Of a stretch of 64,000 nucleotides of DNA, positions 29,543 through 41,782 are shown piece by piece; the stretch's first letter is position 1; each line of letters begins with the position of its first letter. The notes beneath the pieces were generated by a model. The model was not told the origin of the DNA, did no database searches, and was given only the letters and a program-made list of their open reading frames with translations. The position numbers and the translations under genes are program-made. Source of the stretch: Salpingoeca rosetta (taxonomy: Eukaryota; Protista; Choanoflagellata); contig JAWQFM010000022.1 of the NCBI GenBank assembly GCA_033442325.1, positions 993,926 to 1,057,925 of the forward strand, in the 5' to 3' direction.

Positions 29543-32500
29543 TCATGTGGAGTGTCGACGCTCAATAGATGGGCGCTTGCCCGGCGACGTCCCCTGCCCA
29601 GCGAAGAACACCACATTGTGTTTGACAGCATTCATCGCGCCACCATCACTACCATCACCTTCATCGGTGGTGCTCGTTGGCAGGCGGCGCTGCCGTTGAA
29701 GTTGCGACTTTCGTCGCTCCTTACCATCATCAACAACAGCAGCATCGTCATCGTCATCACCATCACCATCACCGTCACCATTGCCAGTGGCGGAAGGTGC
29801 GCCGTCCACATGCTGGTGCTGATCATCACTGTGAGACCCTTTGCTCTTCTTGCTCTTCTTCTCCTCCCGCTTGCTGTGTCGGTGTTCTTTCTTCTGTTTC
29901 TTCTGTTTCTTCTTCTTCTTCTTGGAGCCCCTGTCCTTCTTTGATCTCTGCCCATCCGTGGAACCACTCTCGGCACCACCATCATCGCCACTGCCACCCT
30001 CATCGTCATCGTCACCGTCACCATCGTCGTTGTGGCTCTGCTGCGAATCAAACACATTAGCGGGAGCTGTCTCCGCCCGCTCAATCCCGCCCGGTGATTT
30101 GCTCGGCGTGTGGTGGTGGTGGCGGCGGCGGCGCAGGTAGTGGTGCCGGCGGTGGTGGTGCTTGCTCTCATCACCATCTTCATCGTCGTCATCGTCGTCA
30201 CCGTGCTGGTGGTCCTGCTCCTTTGGTGGATGGATGTGGATGTCCGGTCCGCCTGCCCCGTCGCTTCCGCGCCTGAAGAAGGACAGCAACCGGCGGCGGC
30301 GGCGAGGCGTATCGGGCGCAACATCCTGTCGGCAGTCGACGTGTGTGTTTGTGGTGTGTGTGTGTGTTTGTGGGAATAACGAATGAGAGCGCGCGGATGT
30401 GATAATTGTGTGATTGTGTGACTGTGGGGTTCACGTTGGGAGAGCTGGAGGAGAGAGGCCATTGTAGCTGCCACAACGCTTGTCACTGCAACACACACGA
30501 ACACACACACACACACACAAAAAAAAAACTGTTGAAAGGGGACTCACGGGCGACTGTTGGTGCTGCTGCTTCTGGTGCTCGGATGAAACGTCCGATTTGC
30601 TGCGGGCGTGGCCGCGGCGAAACGGGTTGAACAGCGACGTGGACGAACCTCTGTGACCGTTCCCGCCACTGCCCGGTGTTGTTGGCGTTGTTGCTGCAGC
30701 TGACGATGACGATGGTGTTGCAGCCTTCGTTGCCGCGGAGGAGAGCTGCTGCTGCGCCGCCCCAAACCGCCGCGGTGTTGTCGCACCGTCACCACGCGCA
30801 GAAAATGCAGACGCTGGTGATGGCGGTGAGGGAGTGGTGGGGTGGGAGAACCGATGACATGGAGGGTGTGGCGGTGTAGAGGAGAAGTGGACGAGGAGTG
30901 AATCATGGTGAGTGAGGTTGTGAGGCGTGCCTGTGCATCACAAACCACCACAAAATAGCACGATGCCATGAAACGAAACAGCATGTGCGCACTTCACCCA
31001 ACCCCTTCGCCCGTGCACGTACGTGATGTGTCGACGTGTGCGTGTGGAGAAATAGCGGATCGTGCACCATCCAGTCGCGAGGGCGATGCCAAATCGTCAT
31101 CTTCGCGCAGTCATTACGAGGATGGTGATGATGGTTAACATTGGGGGGGGGGGGGTGGTTGTTGCAGTGATGGCGGTGAGTACCATGGAATCGAAGGACG
31201 ACGGTAGGGATGAGCGGTTGCAGGAGCAATAACGCACCAGACACACAGTCACATGTTGTGACGCTGCAAGGCGCACAGTGCTCACAGTACTTGTTTGCAT
31301 GCGTGTGCATGTTCGTGTGTGTGCATATTTGTACATGTTTGTGTGTGTATGGGTGTGTTGTACCTGAGAGGATGCGAAGGAAACCAGTTTCGGCCACTTT
31401 CAAGTGCTGGTCCGACGATGACGGCGACGAAACCATTTGTCGCGCCAACTCATCCGCCTGAACACACGCACGCACACACATACACATGGCAGGCGATGAG
31501 GTGGTAGTTCTTTGTGCCTGCAGTTCCACATTCGAGAATGCACAATACAACCATGTCCATCACCTCAATCACCAACCCCCCCCCTCAAAATAACAAATTC
31601 CATTCCGTCCTATTCGCCTTCGTGCAAAAACGTACGCTGACGTGCGTGATGTGTCTGAAGTCGCTCGGGGGCGAAATGAGCTGGTCAATCGGCACGTGTT
31701 GGGAGCGCCCTCTCCGCAGCGCCGCGTGCACCCGCTGCTGCCGCTGACGCACGGCTGCAGGCGTCCTCGCACTGACACCGCACACATACACACACACGTG
31801 AACACATGTGGCACAAAATCCATCAAGCAATCACAGGTGAGCAGGCATGCAAGATGTTGTACAAGTACGCGCGCGCGTGTGTGTGTGTGTGTGTGTGTTT
31901 GTGTTGCACCGCATCACACAAACTTGTCACCCCAATGACACGAACACCGGACCCCCCCCCCACTTGTTACACCACCACGAGCCCGTGCCATTAATTTTCC
32001 TCTCACCTGTCGGAGGGCTGGGAAGCAGCAGCCAAGTAGAACGCAGCATCAAGTGGGGGCTGCTGCTGCTGCTGCTGCTGCTGTTGGTGCTGTAGTGATC
32101 GTTCGCGTGCTGCCAATTCCTGTTCGCGCCGGTTCAGTTCCTCCTCTCGCGCCGCTTGCTCCTGCGCCTTGCGCCTGGAGCGAACGACGGCCATGGCATC
32201 GTGCATTGTGTGCGTGCGTGTGTGTGCGTGCATTGTGTGCGTGTGTGTGCGTGTGAGTGGGTGAGTGAGTGGGTGTGTGCGTGTGTGTGTGTTGTGTTGT
32301 GTGTTGCGACTAGGCGAGCTCGCAAGCGTGAAATGGGGGGGGGGGGGACGCAACAAAAGGCCATTCAGAGAACTGTGCATTCCAAGACATCATCACGACT
32401 CACAAGAGATCTTGTTCCTTGCCGACCAGTTCCACCTTCTCCTCCCGAATCCTCGCCAGTGCAGACTGTACCACACCCCCAAAGCAACCGGCATGCAGTT

Positions 32501-33129
32501 GCCGTCAGTGAACTGTCAACAACACATCTGTGCATCAAGTTACACGCAATGCATACACACAGTACGCACACTCTTTCACACACACTGCCATGGAGACGCT
32601 CAACGATCCACCACCACCACCACCACCACCACCACCACCACCACCATCAACATGGGCAGCCGCAGCAGTGCACCTGTATCTGCTTGTGCCAGGACTTTTG
32701 CATCTTCTTGAACGACATGCGTGGCGTTCGCTCAAACCCTGCCGGCCGCGGCTGCAGAGGGTGACACCGTGATATCGTGAACGTGTGATATGAAGAAGGG
32801 CATTCATTTGTGACATGCGTGGGGTGCAGGTGCGACGTATGTCGCGCGCTCACGCGCAACAATAGCTGATGCATTGAAACAATCCGTGCATCCATTCACT
32901 CGTCATCAAGCTATCGCCAACCAATCCTTTATCTTGACGCAATCAACACCGCTGTCTTACCCGCTCGAGGATGACGAGGATTTGCGCGAACGTTGGGCGA
33001 TCGTGCGGTTCGCGCTGCCAGCAATCTACTCACACACGCACACACATGTACAGGTTGGAGACGTGAGCAATAGGTGACAGCACACGACTCATTCATAGAG
33101 CGCAAATCATCTGCAACGCACACAGACGC

Positions 33130-33168
<39 letters not shown>

Positions 33169-33681
33169 CACCCACAGACAGACAAACACACAGACAAGCT
33201 CAAGCTCACAAGACCGCACCTTTGAGCAGCTGAGCAAAAGGGTCGGGGCATTCGTTTGGGATGGGGAGGGTGAGGCTGTTTGAGCCAATGCCGTACACAA
33301 TCGCAGCAAAGTCCAGACCTTCATAGGGCGGCTGGAGCGTATTGTGTATTGTGCATCGTGTGTATGTGAGATCAAATGCAGGCTGGGTCACACGCAACAA
33401 ACCTCAAACAAAACACAGCTGCCCAAGACATGGATGCCACCACCACCACCACCACCACCACCTGTGCACACCTTTCCCGTGAGCATGGACCAGCAGACGA
33501 CACCGTAACTCCACACGTCCGACGCCTTTGAGAAGACGGACTGGCGAATTGCCTCAGGACTCATGTACGCGTATGTGCCCGCTTGGTCAACCCGCGTCGT
33601 GTGCGTGTGCTCGCGCGCAAGCCCAAAGTCACTGCACCGGAAAGAATTCAGTCGGGTTAGAACAAGCACCGCACGCACACA

Positions 33682-33757
<76 letters not shown>

Positions 33758-35986
33758 ACTGACCTGATTTTGAGGACGTGGTTCTCTGCGACGAGGATGT
33801 TGTCGGCCTTGAGGTCGCGGTGCACGAGCGCAACCGGCGCCTCATCGTGCAGATAGTGCATGCCCTGATGGATGTGTTGTGGCGGTGTGTGGTGGTGATG
33901 TGGAAGTGGTGGTTTGTGGCGGTGGTGGTGTGAGAACGCGAATGGTTCAATGCGAAAGCAGTGCATGCAGCGACGCTGGCAGATGTCACTCAACACCATC
34001 TCCACCAACGAAATACACCACTGTCACAACCCTTCCCCCCCCCCAATTTCCAAAACAAAACAGCAAACCCAATCCGCGACCTTTGCGATCTGCGCTGCCC
34101 AGTCGAGCAAGCGGGCCGGGTCGAGTGTGTCCTTGCCAATGTGCTTCGCCAGCGTCCCGAGTGCTGCATACTCGAGCACCAGGCAGAAGTTGGGCGGCGC
34201 AATGCACGCGGCTGGCAAATAGGTGGGATGGAGCGTGTGAATGTGTGAATGTGTGAGTTTGCGTGAATGTGCGTGAATGTGCGTGTGTGAGTGAGTACAA
34301 ACATGCGCGTTGTTGTGTATGTGGAAGTAAGTCTGAATATGTGTGTGCGTGTGTGCACTAGTTGCGTTTGCAGAGACATGGCTGTGGGCAACAGCACACA
34401 GGAATCGTGCGCAGGGTCGTGTGTCGTCGTCCACCTCTGAGCTGGATGATGTTGCGGTGGCGGAGATTATGCAGCAACTCCGCCTCTTGCAGCAGCCGCG
34501 CCTCAGTCTGTTCGTAAACGCACACACACACACATACACACACGCACGATGATCAGCATTTGTAAAGCAGGCACAAAAACGCATGCGCATCCAGGAATGC
34601 ATTTTCTTTTTTTTTTGCATAGCACGTGTACAGGAGAACAAGACATTCCACGTTGCACATTTCACACTTTGCATGCTCTCCACCACCGGCACAACCATCA
34701 GCACCAGCACCACCAGTGTTGCATGCTCACCTTGCTGTGGTCGTTGCAGACTTCCGAGAGAAGACGCTTGATGGCGACGGTTTCGCCACGCCACCGCCCG
34801 CGCAGCACCTGAGCAGTGGTTCGATGAATAAGGTTGGTGAGGCGGGTGGGTGGTGAGAACAGGCACGAAGCAACGAAGAGCTCGGAGTGATGCTTACCAC
34901 AATGAACACATGTACACACACATACATGCACACACACACACATACATGCACACACACAGCCACATACGCACACACACACACACATACACACACACATACA
35001 TGCACACACACATACATGCACACACACACACACACACAACCCCAGCGCACCTCGCTAAAGCCGCCGCGTCCAATCACAGTCTCCACTTTCAACTCTGAAA
35101 AGTCAATCAGCCACTGGGGCTGCAGTATATCCGCGTACACGCGCGCGTGCATGTGAGCACATGTCAATGAGGCACACGAAATACAGCTTCAGCCGCATCA
35201 AGCGACACACACAAAACAACACAAACCAGCACCAACAACACAAACATCACAAACATCACGAACATCACAAACATCACGAACAATCCAAACCACCACCACT
35301 GACTGCTCACCCTGTACTTGACAGTGTCCGCGTACACGCGTTGACTTCGTGCAGACGAGCGAGACGCTGCAGACCGCGACAACTGCCCGCTCTCGCCACC
35401 ACCACCACCACCATCATCATCATCATCGTCATGGTCTTCATTGTCGTGGCGGCGAAGACGTGGTGCGCCCTGCTGTCGTCCACTCCCCGTGCGCGATACA
35501 GGGAGAGCGCGGCCATCACGGTGGCTGCTCTGGTGATCTACGACACCAGCACCACCATCGACATGGTGTGATTGATGTTGCTGCTGCTGCTGTTGCTGAA
35601 GTTGGTCGTCCATGTCGTGCTCGTGGCGGTGGTCGTGGTGAAGCTTGTGGCTGCGTTGCCTGGCTTCGTGGCTGCTGCGGCTGCTTTCGCTGACAGATGC
35701 ACTCGTGGTCGTGCTGAAATCGCTGTCGTCAACACTTCCGTACACACGCACGGTGGTCTCTGTTGCATTGCTGCTGGTGATGCTACCGCTGCGGTTGGTC
35801 GTGGTGATCCCGCCATCACGCGACCCGCCACCGGCCACAATTGCGGTGCGAGGGATGGAGGCGGTGTCACCGGTCTTTTCCACGGACACCGCTGCTGATG
35901 CAGACGATGGTGACGACGACAGGTCGCTTGCTGCCTGCTGCTGCTGCTGCTGTTGTTGTTGGTGTTGTTGGTGTTGGTGTTGTTGC

Positions 35987-36017
<31 letters not shown>

Positions 36018-36538
36018 GCATTATGTCCTGCTCAACCACTCCGCCATCAGCACCATCGTCCGCGCCGTCGCCATCGTGGCCCGTGTCGTCCGCCTCCGTC
36101 TCGTGGATGATGACGCTCGACCACGACGCGTCGCTCCTGTAGTGATCGATGCGGTGCACGGTCATGCGGTGGTGGGCATGAGAAGGGTTGTGGATGAGAC
36201 AAGAGGGTTGTTGGTTGATTAAGGAACCGGGCGGTGATGTGAGGTCGTGTTGGGATAAGAGGGAGAAAGTTCGAGTGGAAGTGGGAGCCAGTGGCAAAGA
36301 GGAGCAGGGACGAACAGGCGACAACACCAGTGGAGAAAGGAGAGAGGTTGGAGGAAGAAAATGAAACGCTCTTCAAAGAACAACCGTAGGCAATGGGTTG
36401 CAGAGTGGCAGCACTCACCTGTTGCTGTCCTGGCGAACTCTAGGTCGCTGCGGTGACAGCAACGCCGCCAACCCATGCACTTCACCATCCTCCTCTTCTT
36501 CACGTCCTTCTACTTCTGCCTCCTCCTCCTCCTCGTCC

Positions 36539-36582
<44 letters not shown>

Positions 36583-37969
36583 GACGACAACAACACCAGC
36601 GCCAGCTTTGCTGGTGCCGTTTCCCGCCGCTGCTGCCACCTCGCTCCCACGCCACCCCCTCTCCCTTGCATCCGCACCCAGCGTACCTCCACCCACATTA
36701 TCGTCACGCACCCCATCCACCTCCACACCCTCTTCCTCATCGACATCGTCGTCGTCATATCCTTCCTCCTCGTCCTCGTCCTCGTCCTCGTCGTCCTCGT
36801 AATCGTCGTAATCGTCGTGGTCAGCGAAGATGGAGCTGAGGCAGCCGCGGGCCACAGCGACCAATTGCCCGCGGAACAGCACTGGGGGTGGGGAGGGGCG
36901 GGAAGCAAGGGGGGGGGGAAGCAAGGGGGAGGTTGTGTGAGTTGTGTGAGTGTCAGCACACAGGCCACTGTCGGGGTGTATGAGCGCAAGTACGATTACA
37001 AATGCGTGGGCTCATGACATTCCGGCATGCACGTGCAAGTCAAAGTGTTCATGTTCAGCAAGTGGGCTGACATGACAGGATATCAGGTGGCAGGAGACGG
37101 CATACAATGGCACACCCTTCCCAACACCATCATCGCCTTTACCACCAGCAACGCACCGTTGACGAGAGCTGGCGGCTCCTCCTGCCCATCATCGCCATCA
37201 CCATCACCATCACCACCACCATCGTCGTGGCTGTGATGGTTCGAGATGAGGACGAGGTCACCGACTTGAAGGCCGCAGTGTACGCGCCGCCTCGATCGCG
37301 GGCACTCCGCGTCGTGCACACGACGGCCGTCGTGCTGTTGGCGGTACAAGGGGGAGTGGCGGTGCTTGCAGGCACACACCACCCGTCCCTCCTCCTCCCC
37401 TTCCTCGTCTTCCTGCACCTCGCTGTCATCATTCGCATGGCAAGAGACGTCTTCCTTGCGGGCACCGTTGGCTGTGGTGGCGCTCTCCGTGACAGCGAGT
37501 GGCGCAAATGTGGGGATGGCAAGCGAGTGGCCAAACGCAACCCTGCCATCAGTGATGATGGTGACGGTTGCGATGGTGATAATGGTGGTGACGTGACGAA
37601 GGTCATGAGCGGCGTCAGGGCGGTAAGAACGATTGTCAACCTGACAGCGAGACACAGCTTGCACCAGCCAAACAGCAAACACCCACCACAAGCACAACCA
37701 TCACCACCAGAAAAAAGCCAGTATCAATGGATGTTGACTCACCGCCTGACGCGACAGAGATCACTCTCATTCAGCATCTCCATGTTTGATGTGTTCAGCA
37801 GCCCAATGTGCCCGCGCCATCGCTGTACACACGTGAACACATGGTGTTGTGTGCCATATGCACAGGAACAGAGGAAGCAGAAGGATAAGAATGAAGGAAT
37901 AAGGGACACTCACTTGAGTTGGTTCGTGAATGGATGAACACGTGCGTGTATTTCACCACGCACAACAAA

Positions 37970-38011
<42 letters not shown>

Positions 38012-39012
38012 ACATTGGCGCTTCACTCCAAGTGCAATCATGAGCCCATCACTCATCACCCATCACCCATCACTCATCAACACCCCCCCCCCCATGTCCA
38101 TCCCCGCACCACTTCGGTCGTGTCGTCGTCGATGGCGGTGTACATCACCTCCACGAGATCCCCCTTTCGCGGCGTCAAGAGATCGTTCGTGTCAGAAAGC
38201 GCCTCATCAACCACGCGCGCAATGTTCGCTTCTGCAGTGTGGATGATGAGAACAAGGAGCGAGTGGTATGTGAGTGCGCGATCACAATGCAGGGCTGAGG
38301 AGCAGGCAAGAGGATTGGCAGGCCTTGATGGCCGTCTCTACACAGACAGAGAGACAGACAGACGGACAGACAGAGAGACAGACAGAGAGACAGACAGATA
38401 GACAGACGCACACACAGACGCACACACAGACAGACGCACACAGACAGACAGACACAGACGTACCGATGGGAGCATCGCATCTGATCAGATGTGGATCGAG
38501 CAAGCAGTTTGCGCCCTGCGGTGCAGTGTAGCTGTTCGCGGGCTGGCAATCATCTGGCATGGGCAGCTTCGCTATGCTGGACGCCAGCTTTGTAAACTCT
38601 GTCCGCGCACCCGCGAGAGGGACGGAGGGAGGGAGAAGAAGAGGGGGAGGGTGGAGAAGAGAAAAGGGCCAATGTGTTAGCAGCAGCGAGTACGTGGCAG
38701 GCAAGCAAGGCCGCGAGACATCATCTGACACAAAGGCACATAACACAGCTGTACAACGCCAAGCCATAACGTGATGTGCGTGTTGGAAGTCACAAACAGA
38801 GAAAGCAACAACAACACGCCATGTGTCGGCCACGCACTTGAATACTGCGACTCGACGGCCTGATGGATGTAAGTATTTGGGAAGGCGCAAGGCCCGCCCT
38901 GCTGCACATCGCGCGGCGGAGATGTGGATGCTGCAGATGAAGGTGATGAGGACGAGGAGGGTGGCGAGGGAGGTGGCTCCCTCGTGAAGTCGGGCTGGTC
39001 GTTTTCGTCCAT
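29543..39012 (-). CDS. Mixed-lineage kinase (MAP3K9/10/11-like): degenerate SH3, TKL kinase, leucine zippers, CRIB, low-complexity tail; 5' exons less certain
   Basis: Kinase motifs [82 protein letters not shown] and [14 protein letters not shown]. Zippers [14 protein letters not shown] and [34 protein letters not shown]3-like [18 protein letters not shown]|RWRGHIGLL. Confidence 0.88.
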
Positions 39013-39672
39013 CGGTGTGTTGGTGTAAGAGAGCGGAGAGGAGACGAGATGCGTTGCTTAAAGCACGCTCGCCTTTTGCTCTTGCCTGCTGGTTGCTTGC
39101 TTGCTTGATTGCTGTCTCCGCTCGAGAGCTGCACACTATGAATCATCAATCTGACAGGGTGCCTCCCCACAGTTAATGCGCACACGAACGCACAAACGCA
39201 CACACGCACGAGCGAGCACTCAGACAATGGTAGTTTCTTCCCACTCTGTTCTCTGTCTTCTCTATCTTTGTCTCCGTGCTGTGCTTGGCTCAGATGAAAG
39301 CCAAGCCAAGCCAAGCAAAGCCAAGCGATGTGCTGGCTGGCTGTTCTCGTTTGCCTTCTTGGCTGCTTGCCCTTCACCTCCAGCACAACAACAACAACCC
39401 TTTGTGCGGAAGAAGTCTTGGCGATTTGTGAAAGATGTTCACTAATCTTCGTGCCTTTTCTTGGCGTTCAAACACACACAGGAAGAAGAAACGACACACA
39501 CAGTTGCCGTTGCGCTTTCTTTCCTTGTCCCTCCTGCTTCATTCGTGTGTGTCGATCACACGCGTGCACAGGTGCACGCACAGCACGCACCCCTCCACGT
39601 GTGCATCACACGTACCTACGCATCGAAGCCTGCTTCTTGCTGTCGTTGTATCAATTGGCAACAACCGCGGGC

Positions 39673-40744
39673 ATGGCCAGCGGCTTCCGTTATCACATGT
39701 GGGATGGATGGCTGCTCCTGCTCCAGATGATCACGCTGCAGTGCTTGCACTACGCATCGCTTGGAATATTCGTGGCTGCCATCTCTCATACCCTGGCACT
39801 ACCACCGGCGCTGGACTATATCTTCTCAGACGTGGTGCGTCTCATCAAACACAATCAAACACACACGCACACACACACGCACACACACACGCACACACAC
39901 ACACAAACACACACACACAAACACACACAAATACAAATACACACACACACACAAACGCACACAAACAAACACACACGCACCGCCTTGACTGAATACGTGT
40001 TCATAGCACTCGTGCATGAGAGTGTGTGTTGTTTTGTTCACTCCAAGCCTTTCTGACGGACTCACTTCTTTCATGACGCAGGCGTTAGGGATCTGGCAGC
40101 TTGGCATCGCCTTTGTATTGAACGCTGTGGTGACGTGAGTCCGATCCGTTGCCTGCTGCGCGAGTTGGTGTGCGTTGTGTGTTGAGTGTGTTGCAGCCAT
40201 GTACGTGTGCCTTATGTGTGTGTGTATGTTTGTCTTGTGCATGTGTTTGCGGCGCGCTTGTTGATTCGCTGGCATGGCTTGTCCGTGCGTAGCTCACGCT
40301 GCCTGCGTCGTGTTGTTTTCGCGCAGGGGCTTTTTGATACGGATCTTTGTACGCCGTGCGAAACAAGTAAGCGACTCTGTGTGTGTGTGTGTGTGTGTGT
40401 GCGTGTGCATGTGTGTGTGTACGTGTGTGCGCTTGCTGTTTGTACAATTACGGTCATGATGGCATTCCCCTCCGTTTGTGCTCATTGGAATGTTTGCATG
40501 ACTGGCTGGTTGCAGTGTCTTGACTTTGCATCCACCATCTTCCTCTTTCACCTGATTGCGTGCATCGGGTATACTCGCTTTCCACGGTAAGGACTGCGCA
40601 CGTGATATATGTGAACGTGTGTGGATGTGGGTGTGGTGAAGGTTGCATGTATGTGATTCATGCTGGTTGTTCCGCTGCTGCTTGTCTCGTTCATGCGGAC
40701 TCAATCACTCCCAACCATTCACACACTCACGCGACACACACACA

Positions 40745-40776
<32 letters not shown>

Positions 40777-40835
40777 TTCGACGCACGCCATGACGCACAC
40801 ATGATCACACACACACACACACGCGCGCGCGCACG

Positions 40836-40909
<74 letters not shown>

Positions 40910-41269
40910 TTTAGCGCTGCGTCGTGGTGGCTGCTCAACGGGGCGTGCGTGGCCATATCAGCGACGCTGTCCGAGTACCTGTGCATCCAATCGGAGATGA
41001 ACGAGAACATCAGCGTCGACACTGCAGGTGCGGGCCAGGCTCAGCACGGCGGGAACCACATCATGGGGCATGGTGCCACCTCAGCACCGTCAGCACCGTC
41101 AACATCCTCATCGTCCACCACTGCAGCAGCAGCAGCAGCTGCTGCTTCGTCGCTCGTTCGTGGTGGTTATGGTGGTGGTCGTGGTGGTGGTGGGCAGCAG
41201 GAGCCACCATACATGCCATCGCCGTCCAAACGTAAGGCGGTGGTGCGGTCTGGTTTCTTCGGCAGATAG
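39673..41269 (+). CDS. SYS1: SYS1 Golgi trafficking membrane protein; 5 exons
   Basis: MASGFRYHMWDGWLLLLQMITLQCLHYASLG..LDYIF; VRRAKQ|CLDFASTIFLFHLI..FP; WWLLN..LSEYLCIQSEM. Confidence 0.9.
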
Positions 41270-41488
41270 CGTGTGGCGTCGCACGTGCTGTTGTGCTTTG
41301 TGTGCTGTGGGTTGGTGCTGTACATAGGGGAAACGCGTGGCATTGGTCACTGCTTGTTTCTTCCTCCCCCCCCCCCGCTTATCTTTCTAGTAGACTTTGC
41401 GACACAGAAAGGAGCGAAAGACCATGGGAGGGATATGCGGAGATGTTGGTGAAGGAAGGTGCACAGAGAGATGGAGGCATGAATGGTT

Positions 41489-41547
<59 letters not shown>

Positions 41548-41559
41548 CAACAACACACT

Positions 41560-41574
41560 GTGATGACTCATCAC
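41560..41574. promoter_or_regulatory. Extended AP-1/GCN4-type pseudo-palindrome GTGATGACTCATCAC
   Basis: Perfect 7-bp inverted arms around a central C, containing ATGACTCAT, about 210 bp upstream of the TMEM151-like ATG. Confidence 0.4.
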
Positions 41575-41611
41575 TGGCTTTGTTCATTTACATTAACAAC
41601 ACAACACCACC

Positions 41612-41769
41612 ATCGCCCGCGCACACGCGCGCGTCCAAAACACCAAAACACCCACAACCACCATATCGCCCGCGCACACGCGCGCGTCCAAAACACCAAA
41701 ACACCCACAACCACCATATCGCCCGCGCACACGCGCGCGTCCAAAACACCAAAACACCCACAACCACCA
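41612..41769. repeat. 53-bp minisatellite x3 immediately upstream of the TMEM151-like ATG
   Basis: Unit atcgcccgcgcacacgcgcgcgtccaaaacaccaaaacacccacaaccaccat starts at 41612, 41665 and 41718. Confidence 0.95.
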
Positions 41770-41782
41770 CTGCACCGCCACC

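Noticed and set aside
33470-35125. Tyrosine kinase call
   Set aside because: HRDLKADN and GTYAYM are Ser/Thr TKL-type, and the zippers plus CRIB indicate MLK.
41612-41769. CRISPR-like array
   Set aside because: The units are contiguous with no unique spacers, the context is eukaryotic, and no cas genes are present.
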